Source: Nannocystales bacterium (lineage in GTDB: Bacteria > Myxococcota_A > Polyangia > Nannocystales > Nannocystaceae). From it: 64,000 nucleotides of DNA. A program made the position numbers and the translations under genes. The DNA lies in contig JBOEGF010000032.1 of the NCBI GenBank assembly GCA_050633305.1, forward strand, positions 128,001-192,000. The letters run 5' to 3'. The notes beneath the pieces are model-generated. The model did no database searches, was not told the DNA's origin, and saw only the letters and a list, made by a program, of their open reading frames with translations. Numbering within the stretch: position 1 is the stretch's first letter; each line of letters begins with the position of its first letter. Shown here piece by piece: positions 53,325 to 61,339 of this stretch.

Positions 53325-56300
53325 ATGCTTCGTCGCTCTGTTGCCATTACCACTTCGCTTCTCGCACTCACTGCAGGCCCCATCGGCTGCGGTGATGACA
53401 CCGCCTCCGCCTCCGAAGGCTCGACCGGGTCGACCACGGACGGCCCGTCAACCGACCCGACCATGGGAACGACCGGCGTCGACACGACGTCGGGTCCAGA
53501 CACGACGGGTTCAACAGACCCCGACACGGGTAGCTCCGGCGAGACGGGGAACGACACCGACACCGGCATCGACCCCCCGGAGCCACCCGAAGGCATCGTG
53601 GTCGAATGCGACAATGACATCCCCGCGGCACCGCGCGGCGAGGTCTGCGTTGGCACCGCCGGCTCGGGCAACGCGACCCTGATTCGCGGCACCGTGCTCG
53701 CCGGTCAGACCATCTACGAGACCGGGACGATGCTGCTCGAAGGGGATCGCATCACCTGCGTCGGCTGCGACTGTGCCGATGAGGCGCCGCAAGACGCAGC
53801 AACCCTGGACTGTGCCGAGGGCGTCGTCTCGCCCGGGTTGGTCAACCCGCACGACCACATCACGTTCTCCCTCTCGCAGCCTCAACCCCACGGGGACGAG
53901 CGCTACGACCACCGCCACGAGTGGCGCCGCGGCTTCAACGGCCACACCGAGATCGACACCTACCCCGGCTCGAACAACTCGACCGAGGGCGTCTTGTACG
54001 GCGAGCTTCGGATGTTGTTTGGCGCGGCCACCAGCATCTCGGGCTCTGGTTCAGCCTCGGGCCTGCTGCGGAACCTGGACCGCGGGAACGACACGGAAGG
54101 TCTCTCCGGCGTCGATGTCGAGTACTCGACGTTCCCGCTCGGCGACAGCGACGGCACCCTGCTGAGTCAGGGCTGTGCGTACCCGTTCATCGAGGGCGTC
54201 GGCGCCCTCAATGCATCGGCCTACATGCCGCACATCGCCGAAGGCATCACCGACGACGCGAACAACGAGTTCACGTGCCTGAGCGGACAGCCTGGCAACG
54301 ACCTCATCGAGTCGAACACCGCCGTGATTCACGGCATCGGCGTCCGCCCCACCGACATCCGCGAGATGGCCGATGTGGGCGCCAAGCTGGTGTGGTCGCC
54401 CCGGTCCAACATCGACCTCTACGGCATCACCGCCGACGTCCTCGCCTACCACCACCAAGGTGTCGGCATCGCTCTGGGCACCGACTGGTCGGCCTCGGGT
54501 TCGATGAACGTCATGCGCGAGCTCGCGTGCGCCGCCTACCTCAACGAGAACCACTACGACGGCGCGTTCTCGGACTACGAGTTGTGGATGATGTCCACCT
54601 ACTGGGCGGCCGCCTCCCAAGGTGCCGGTTCCCAGATCGGTCTGCTCGCCCCCGGCTTCGTCGCCGATGTCTCCATCTTCGATGGCAGCGAGAACCCGGA
54701 CTACCGAGCGATCATTGAAGGGCAGCCCAGCGACGTTGCGTTGGTGCTCCGCGGCGGCATGCCCCTGTTTGGCTCCGCGGCGGTCGTCGAGTCCCTCGTC
54801 GCAGCCGAAGACCTCGGCGGCTGTGAGACGCTCGACATGTGCGGCACCGACAAGCGCGTCTGCGTCGAGCTGGACACGGGCCTCACGCTCGCGCAGATCA
54901 CCGGCGCGGTGAACCCGGACAGCTACGACCTGTTCGCCTGCGATACGCCGGATCTGGAGCCCAGCTGCAACCCGTTCCGCGAGATGGAGTTCCCCGCGCG
55001 TGCCGGCGTGACCGACGCAGACGGCGACGGGATCGCCGACGCCGACGACAACTGCCCCAGCGTCTTCAACCCGCTTCGTCCCATGGATGGTGGACAGCAG
55101 GCTGACGAAGACCAGGACAACATCGGTGATGCATGCGACCTGTGTGCACTCGAGCCCGGTGATGACTGCGAGGTTCCCGACCCGCTCGACGCTGACGGCG
55201 ACGGCGTGGGCGCAACCGAGGACAACTGCCCGGTCGACGAAAACCCCGACCAGGCCGACGGAGACGAGGACGGCGTAGGCGACGAATGTGACGCCTGCCC
55301 AGACGTCCCCAACCCCGGCAATGGTCCCTGCCCGGCGGGTATCTACGAGATCAAGGACGGCACGCTGCCCGAAGGCACCGCGGTGCTGCTCCAAGACAAG
55401 GTCGTGACCGCAGCCGCACCAGGGTTCGGCTTCTTCATGCAAGCGCACCCCGACGATGCCGACTACGTGGGCGTCGACTACAGCGCGGTCTTCGTCTACG
55501 TCGGTGGTGATTTCACCGCGACCGAAGGCGACCGCGTGACCGTGAGCGGAGCCGTTCAGGGCTTCTTCGGCCAAACCCAGCTCGTCCTCTCCGGGACCGA
55601 AACGATCGAGTCTTCGGGCAACGACCTGCCGGACTTCGAGCCCGCGACGGTCGCGGACCTCGTCGAGGGAGGCACCCGCCAAGAGGAGCTGGAAGGAGCC
55701 CTCGTTGTGATCACCGACCTCGAGGTCACCGACATCGACCCGGCGCCCGGGCCCGGTGACGGCGCGCCGACTCAAGAGTTCGAGGTCGAAGGCGGTCTGC
55801 GGGTCAACGACCTGTTCTTCTTGTTCGACCCCTTCCCCACCGTTGGGCAAAACTACCCGCAGCTCTCCGGCGTCGTCCGTTGGGCCAACGACTACAGCAA
55901 GCTCGAGCCCCGCGGTCCTGCGGACCTTCCGATCACCCTCGCCGGCTTCGGCCCCGACGGGTTCATCGAAGTTGGTCAGACGGCTGTGCCGACCCCAGGG
56001 CTCAGCGTTCAGCTGACCACCAACGCGGCGGTGGATACCGTCGTCGCCCTCACCTACGAAGACGCCGCGATCGTCACCGGTCCGGTCTCGGTCACGGTCC
56101 CAATGGGCAGCTCCAGCGTCGACGTGGCACTCACCGGGGTCGCCAGCGGCACCGCGGGGGTCACCGCGTCCCTCGACGGGACCATGCTCACGGCCTCGAT
56201 TCAGGCCTACTCCGACGCGGATCCCCGTATCCCGACCCTCGACCCGTCAAACCTCGACGTGTCGATCTCCGCCACCGGCACTCTCACGGTCAACCTGAAC

Positions 56301-57050
56301 CTGCCCGCCCCGGCGGGCGGTCAAACGGTCGACCTCTCGAGCGCACCGGGGACCTTCGCCACCGTTCCGGCCAACGTGGTCGTGCCTGTGGGTACCCTGT
56401 CGACGACGTTCTCAGTGACCGCAGGGGACACCGCAGGCACGGAGACCGTAACCGCCGACATCGCGGGTGCGACCTCCGACGCGACGATCAACGTGGTGGA
56501 CACGCCCTCAGTCGGGCTCGTCATCGCCGAGTTCTACTACGACCATCCGGGCGGCGACGACGGCTTCGAATGGGTCAAGCTGTTCAACGGAACCGGGTCC
56601 ACCGTGGACCTCTCCGGGTACTCGCTCGCGTGGGGCGGCAACGACTACACCTACGGCCAACTGCAACTGGTCGGAACCATCGATCCGGGCGCGTGTTTCC
56701 TGGTCGGGGGTCCCAGCGGTGATGCCGACAGTGGCTTTGCAGGGGTTCCGGCCTTCGATCAAGCCGAGGTCTTTACGCCGAACGCCCAGAACTCCGGCGA
56801 CACCGCCGATGCGATGGCACTCTTCGACGTGCCCGCAGCCTCGATCAACGGCGCCACCGTGCCGCTCGACGCTGTCATCTACGGCGGTAACAATGCCAGC
56901 GGGCTCCTCGACGAGACCGGAGTCGCCGGGCTTGTCGACGTTGCCGATGCCGGCTCGGGTGAGTCGGTCGTGCTTCAAGACGACCTGAGCTGGGGCATCC
57001 TATTGGACCCCACGCCCACGCAGTGCCTGCCGTTCCCCTCCGCGGGATGA
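53325..57050 (+). CDS. Multidomain surface lipoprotein: amidohydrolase + TSP3 Ca-binding repeats + OB folds + Ig-like + lamin-tail domain
   Basis: Lipobox PIGC. PGLVNPHDH, PHIAEG, VIHG, LGTDW (metal ligands). DADGDGIADADDNCP repeats. VVTA...GFFMQ...GDRVTVSG...FFGQTQL. LVIAEFYYD...EWVKLFNGTGSTVDLSGYSL. Confidence 0.88.
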   Translation: MLRRSVAITTSLLALTAGPIGCGDDTASASEGSTGSTTDGPSTDPTMGTTGVDTTSGPDTTGSTDPDTGSSGETGNDTDTGIDPPEPPEGIVVECDNDIPAAPRGEVCVGTAGSGNATLIRGTVLAGQTIYETGTMLLEGDRITCVGCDCADEAPQDAATLDCAEGVVSPGLVNPHDHITFSLSQPQPHGDERYDHRHEWRRGFNGHTEIDTYPGSNNSTEGVLYGELRMLFGAATSISGSGSASGLLRNLDRGNDTEGLSGVDVEYSTFPLGDSDGTLLSQGCAYPFIEGVGALNASAYMPHIAEGITDDANNEFTCLSGQPGNDLIESNTAVIHGIGVRPTDIREMADVGAKLVWSPRSNIDLYGITADVLAYHHQGVGIALGTDWSASGSMNVMRELACAAYLNENHYDGAFSDYELWMMSTYWAAASQGAGSQIGLLAPGFVADVSIFDGSENPDYRAIIEGQPSDVALVLRGGMPLFGSAAVVESLVAAEDLGGCETLDMCGTDKRVCVELDTGLTLAQITGAVNPDSYDLFACDTPDLEPSCNPFREMEFPARAGVTDADGDGIADADDNCPSVFNPLRPMDGGQQADEDQDNIGDACDLCALEPGDDCEVPDPLDADGDGVGATEDNCPVDENPDQADGDEDGVGDECDACPDVPNPGNGPCPAGIYEIKDGTLPEGTAVLLQDKVVTAAAPGFGFFMQAHPDDADYVGVDYSAVFVYVGGDFTATEGDRVTVSGAVQGFFGQTQLVLSGTETIESSGNDLPDFEPATVADLVEGGTRQEELEGALVVITDLEVTDIDPAPGPGDGAPTQEFEVEGGLRVNDLFFLFDPFPTVGQNYPQLSGVVRWANDYSKLEPRGPADLPITLAGFGPDGFIEVGQTAVPTPGLSVQLTTNAAVDTVVALTYEDAAIVTGPVSVTVPMGSSSVDVALTGVASGTAGVTASLDGTMLTASIQAYSDADPRIPTLDPSNLDVSISATGTLTVNLNLPAPAGGQTVDLSSAPGTFATVPANVVVPVGTLSTTFSVTAGDTAGTETVTADIAGATSDATINVVDTPSVGLVIAEFYYDHPGGDDGFEWVKLFNGTGSTVDLSGYSLAWGGNDYTYGQLQLVGTIDPGACFLVGGPSGDADSGFAGVPAFDQAEVFTPNAQNSGDTADAMALFDVPAASINGATVPLDAVIYGGNNASGLLDETGVAGLVDVADAGSGESVVLQDDLSWGILLDPTPTQCLPFPSAG

Positions 57051-57601
57051 CGGTCGGCACAGACACGCTCCGAGCGTTCGAGCGCGCCCGCTGGGCCCGG
57101 CAGGTTGAAGTCCTGCGGGCCTGGCTGGCGTCGCTGCCCGACGTGGAGCCACACGCAGACGCACTTCGTTGCGCCTTCGCAGGATCCGACACACCCAATG
57201 CAGCGACCGCGCAGATGCGGTTCGACCTCGCGCGCGACCGACACCGGCTGCATGCCGCGATCGGCGGGAAGACCCCCTCAGCGGTCGACCCGGCGCATGC
57301 CTACCCGTCCCCCGAAGCGTTCGCGCGGGACGAGGCCGCACATACGCTGGACAACGCCGTGGTGTTCTCCCACCGAGCTCTTGCAGCACAGACGCGGGTC
57401 GATTGCGGTGCCCAAGTGGAGCGGGCTCAGCGGTGGATTCAGCGTCTGCGCTGGGAGTTGGTCGACACGGGACTCGACGTGGCGCTCCCGCTGAGTCTCA
57501 GCGCCGATGTTGTTGCCACAGATCTCCTGGGCGCGAAACGGATCATCGAGCGTGTTCAGACCACGCTCGCGGACGTCCGCGAACGGCTCACGGCCGTGTA
57601 A
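57047..57601 (+). CDS. Hypothetical protein
   Basis: ATGA overlap with the upstream stop and helical, protein-like composition. Confidence 0.55.
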   Translation: MTVGTDTLRAFERARWARQVEVLRAWLASLPDVEPHADALRCAFAGSDTPNAATAQMRFDLARDRHRLHAAIGGKTPSAVDPAHAYPSPEAFARDEAAHTLDNAVVFSHRALAAQTRVDCGAQVERAQRWIQRLRWELVDTGLDVALPLSLSADVVATDLLGAKRIIERVQTTLADVRERLTAV

Positions 57602-57716
57602 GCCCACGGGCCAGATCGACACCACCGAGTTCCCAGATCGGGAAGTCGGCACCCAGCACGATCGCTGGATCACGGGTTCCGGACTTGGCGCGATTCCTGC
57701 TTTGTCGGTCGGCAGG

Positions 57717-59468
57717 ATGCAACAAGCGACGCACTCATCCCAGTTCTGCGGCAGCTGCGGCGGGGAAAACCCAGCCGAGGCGATCCGGTGCGTGCACTGT
57801 TCCGACGTCCTCGACCCCACGTTCGAGACGCCCGCCGCGGCAGCACCTCCAATGGAAAACCGCATCATCGCGGTCGTGGGCGCCGTCGCGGTTGTGCTCG
57901 TTCTGCTCCTCCATACCGTGGGTCTCGGCTTCTCGATGCGGCTGCTGCCAGCGGCAGCGTTGGACGGCGAGCTCGAATCGCGGATGACCGCGCTGGTCGA
58001 CGACGGCGTCCTTGAGCCGTCGCAGGCCCAGCTGCTGACCGCCGAGCTCGCAATCGAGTGGGCCGCACGCGCGGAGCTGGAGCGCGGCAACCTCACCGAG
58101 ATGGAAGCGATCGCCTTGCGCGAACGACTTCCACCCGAGGACCAGAGCACGGTCATCGGTGTGCACGGCATTTTCGGGCTCCTCCCGATCTTCGTCTCGT
58201 TTCTCGTGGCAGGGGTCGCGGGTACGGCGGTCGCGCGCGGCCGTCGGGTTCGCGAGGTTGCTCTGGGGCTGCTCGCTGCGTCGGTGCTGCAGTTCATCCT
58301 GTGGATGTGGAGCGTGGAGTTCGATGTTGCCGCGCTGGTCGGCGGACGGTTGCTCATGGCTGGGCCCGGTCCGGCCTTCACCGGTGGCCCGGTGTTGCTG
58401 CTCGCGGTGTCGGTCATCGGCTCGCTCGCGGCGGCCTCGGGCTTGGGCTACGCGGTCGGACTGGGCCTCGACCAGGCGCAAGGCAAAGCAGACTGCCCCC
58501 ACTGTGGGCATGTTTTCGTGCGCGCCAAGGGGCAGCTTCAGTGCCCGTCGTGTACGCGGCCGTTGGATGCCCAGCCCCAGGGTGCCGTGGTTGGGCCCGG
58601 AGGCATGACACGCGCCGAGACCGGGGCGGCTGAGCTGCTGTGCATCCAATGCGCCAAAACCTACGCAGCAGACACCTGCCCGGTTCACACCGATGAGCCG
58701 CTGTTGGATCCCAGACGCGATGCGGTTCGTTTTCAGCTCCTCGACCTCGACACCCAGGCCGGCACCACTCGCTTCGCACGCTGGACCGAAGGACTCGGTG
58801 CCGCGGGCGGGGCCGAGGCGGCGCGTCCCGAGGGGGGAGTGTGTATGGAGTGCGCCAAAGCCTATCCGAGCGCGGCTTGCCCGTTGCACCCCGACGAGCC
58901 GTTGCTCGACCCCTCACGCGAAGAGGTCCGCCTGGAGATGGAAGAAGCCGACGATCGCCGACGCCGTCAGGTGGGGTCGCGGTTGATGTTCGGCGCGTTC
59001 GGCCTCGCGGCGTCGGCCATGGTGGGTTTGGCGAGCCTCATCGACCTGGACGGCTCGCTGATGATCTCCGGGTTCGCCGGGAGTCTCGTCGGGCTCATCG
59101 CCGTGGCCCGAGTCCTCACCCCCGCCCTGAGTCCTCCGCGCTTCGGGGCTTGGACCGGCTCCGCCCCCATCGACGGCGACGCGTTGGCCCACAGCGCACG
59201 GCAGGAGTTGCTCGAGCCCCTACGCCGCGGGCTTCAGCGCGTGCTCGCCAGGATGAAGTGGCTGGCCATCGCGAGCATCGTTGGCGGTGCCCTTGGAGCC
59301 GGACTCGCGTTCGGTCTCACGTGGCCCGTGGGCCTGGGTGCACTCTTGGGCGTGCTGGTCGGCGCCCTCGGATTCGTCGTGTACTCGACCGTTGTCGACA
59401 CGGGCGCCGAGCTTCGAGATGCAGCGGCGAGCGCTGCCAAGGAGTGGCGCGACCCCTACTCGTCCTGA
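57717..59468 (+). CDS. Polytopic membrane protein with multiple zinc-ribbon motifs
   Basis: FCGSCG...CVHC, CPHCG...CPSC, two CxxCAKxY-x4-CPxH repeats, about 9 TM helices. Confidence 0.8.
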   Translation: MQQATHSSQFCGSCGGENPAEAIRCVHCSDVLDPTFETPAAAAPPMENRIIAVVGAVAVVLVLLLHTVGLGFSMRLLPAAALDGELESRMTALVDDGVLEPSQAQLLTAELAIEWAARAELERGNLTEMEAIALRERLPPEDQSTVIGVHGIFGLLPIFVSFLVAGVAGTAVARGRRVREVALGLLAASVLQFILWMWSVEFDVAALVGGRLLMAGPGPAFTGGPVLLLAVSVIGSLAAASGLGYAVGLGLDQAQGKADCPHCGHVFVRAKGQLQCPSCTRPLDAQPQGAVVGPGGMTRAETGAAELLCIQCAKTYAADTCPVHTDEPLLDPRRDAVRFQLLDLDTQAGTTRFARWTEGLGAAGGAEAARPEGGVCMECAKAYPSAACPLHPDEPLLDPSREEVRLEMEEADDRRRRQVGSRLMFGAFGLAASAMVGLASLIDLDGSLMISGFAGSLVGLIAVARVLTPALSPPRFGAWTGSAPIDGDALAHSARQELLEPLRRGLQRVLARMKWLAIASIVGGALGAGLAFGLTWPVGLGALLGVLVGALGFVVYSTVVDTGAELRDAAASAAKEWRDPYSS

Positions 59469-59475
59469 CCCGTTC

Positions 59476-59685
59476 TCAGCCGCCGACCAAGGCCGCAGCC
59501 ACCGGGATCTGATCCGTGAGTCGTCCACGCGGATAGCGGTAGAGCGTATCCGGCGTCATCGGCCGGGCCCGAGCGCGGGCGTAGTGGCGCACGTAGTTCT
59601 CGGCCAGCCGCTCCGTATCGACCGGAGCCCAGAGGCCGGCTTCAAGGGCAGCGAACGAGGGGAGTTCCGCGAAGGAGCGAGCCAT
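59476..59685 (-). CDS. Possible small protein (69 aa)
   Basis: Fills the gap and has protein-like composition (MARSFAELPSFAALEAGLW...). No recognisable motif. Confidence 0.3.
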   Translation of the reverse strand: MARSFAELPSFAALEAGLWAPVDTERLAENYVRHYARARARPMTPDTLYRYPRGRLTDQIPVAAALVGG

Positions 59686-59799
59686 GTCCCGACCATGGCA
59701 GGCCAAGATCAGGCGTCCAAAAAAGCGACAGTGGTGTCAGACCCATTGACCCGAAACGGAACGCAGTCCGGATCGGGGCTTCCGGAGTTCCGGACAGAC

Positions 59800-61212
59800 T
59801 CAGCCCGGCGGGTTGATCACCAGGTCGAGACCCGACCCCGAGAAGTCCGAATATGTATAGGGCGACGTGAGGCCCGTAACCGTGGCGGCGATCGTGTATG
59901 TGTCCGGATCGACCTTCCACGCGACCGACGCGCCGCGGTCGACGACCCACACGAAACCATCACGGTCGATCGTCACGCCAACGGGGTCATTGCAACCAGG
60001 CAGCTCAATCGCATCATTGAGGACGTTGTCGTTGAGGCGATCGAACACGGCAAGGCGGCAGGGCTGGTTGCCCGCGACCCAGATCCGGTCCTCGCGGTCG
60101 ATGGCCAAGCCACGGTATCGGCCTGTGACGCCCCCGGCGTCGTGCCAGGTTTCGGTGACAGGATCGAAGCGATGCACGAAGTCGACGCCCGCCCCCGAAG
60201 TGTACGTCGCGATCCAGGGCTGCCCCTCTCCGTCCACACCCATCCCGTAGGCGTTGCTGCCGGGCACGTCCCAGGTGTCAACTTGCAGCGTCACCGCGTC
60301 GACCCGGCTCATCGTGCGTCCGGTACGGTCGGAGACCCAGAAGTCCCCCTCGGCGTTGACCGCCCCTCCATAGACGAAGCCCGTGGATGCGATGGTTGTT
60401 TCGTCGAGCACCGCTCCGGTCGCGCCATCGAGGCGCTTCACCTGCAAGGGGTTGCTGCCGTACGCGACCCAGAGCCTTGGGTTTGGGTTCGTGTTCTCGC
60501 ACGTCGACGGATCGATCGTGCCGCCCTCCCACGCGACCGCCCGTGTTCCTTGGGCAGCGGCCGGCAGCAGGTCGGCCTCCCAGAGCAAGCACTCGTCCGT
60601 GGTCCAGTCTCGAATGTCGTCGGGACCACTCGAGGTATCGATGACGCCGTTGCCGTTGCTGTCGACGCAGTCCTCCATCTCGGCGGCGATCTTCACCACC
60701 CGTGCGGCGTAGCGGAAGCCCGCCGCGATGTCCCCGAACTGGTTCACCGAAGTGCGAGAGGGCTGATCGGCTGCGGTCGGAGTGGTTCGGTAGCGCGCAA
60801 CTTCGACCGCAGTCTCGGTGTCGATCTTTGAGACCGTGCCCTCCGGTGCGTTGGCGACCCAGATGTTGCTGAAGGTCGTCCCGCCTCCGCCTCCGCCTCC
60901 GCCTCCGCCTCCGCAACCCGCGTTGCCGGCGTCGAGGGAGTGTGGCACGTCGAACTTCGGCCCATTGTCGGTGTCGTCGTCGGTGTCGTCCCCCGTGACA
61001 CCGGGCATCGTCGTCGAGGGGGTGGTCGGGTTGGCGGGGCCGGAGCCACCGTCCGTGTCGAGGGTCGTCGCCCCGTCGGTCCCCGACGAGGACTCCGTCG
61101 CACTGATCGTCCCGATGCTCGCGGTCCCCGTGTTGGAGTCATCCGCGTTTGGGTCGGAAGTGCCGCACGCAGTAAGCGCGACGGACAAGACGATGAAAGT
61201 TGAACGACGCAT
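59800..61212 (-). CDS. Beta-propeller (Vgb/NHL-like) lipoprotein
   Basis: Lipobox LTAC, Thr/Ser stalk, IWVAN..EGTVSKIDT, PSRTSV, DCVDSNGNGVIDTS, repeated G.AVD..G.VW blades, PYTYSDFSG. Confidence 0.85.
   Translation of the reverse strand: MRRSTFIVLSVALTACGTSDPNADDSNTGTASIGTISATESSSGTDGATTLDTDGGSGPANPTTPSTTMPGVTGDDTDDDTDNGPKFDVPHSLDAGNAGCGGGGGGGGGGGTTFSNIWVANAPEGTVSKIDTETAVEVARYRTTPTAADQPSRTSVNQFGDIAAGFRYAARVVKIAAEMEDCVDSNGNGVIDTSSGPDDIRDWTTDECLLWEADLLPAAAQGTRAVAWEGGTIDPSTCENTNPNPRLWVAYGSNPLQVKRLDGATGAVLDETTIASTGFVYGGAVNAEGDFWVSDRTGRTMSRVDAVTLQVDTWDVPGSNAYGMGVDGEGQPWIATYTSGAGVDFVHRFDPVTETWHDAGGVTGRYRGLAIDREDRIWVAGNQPCRLAVFDRLNDNVLNDAIELPGCNDPVGVTIDRDGFVWVVDRGASVAWKVDPDTYTIAATVTGLTSPYTYSDFSGSGLDLVINPPG
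60881..60914. repeat. (CCGCCT)5+ hexamer microsatellite encoding poly-Gly
   Basis: ccgcct repeated five times plus ccgc. Encodes GGGGGGGGGGG on the minus strand. Confidence 0.9.
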
Positions 61213-61339
61213 GACCACGCGATTCTGAGACACCACAATCGCGCATCTTCCCGGCCCTTCTCAAAAAAAACGAAGTCTCCGCGCGTCACGCGCTACTCGG
61301 AGAATTCCAGATGCAGCCCTGTTCGATGCCCACCGCGCC

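Noticed and set aside
55010..55320. Repeated DNA resembling an array
   Set aside because: Coding TSP3 Asp-rich repeats, with no constant repeat-spacer structure and no cas genes.
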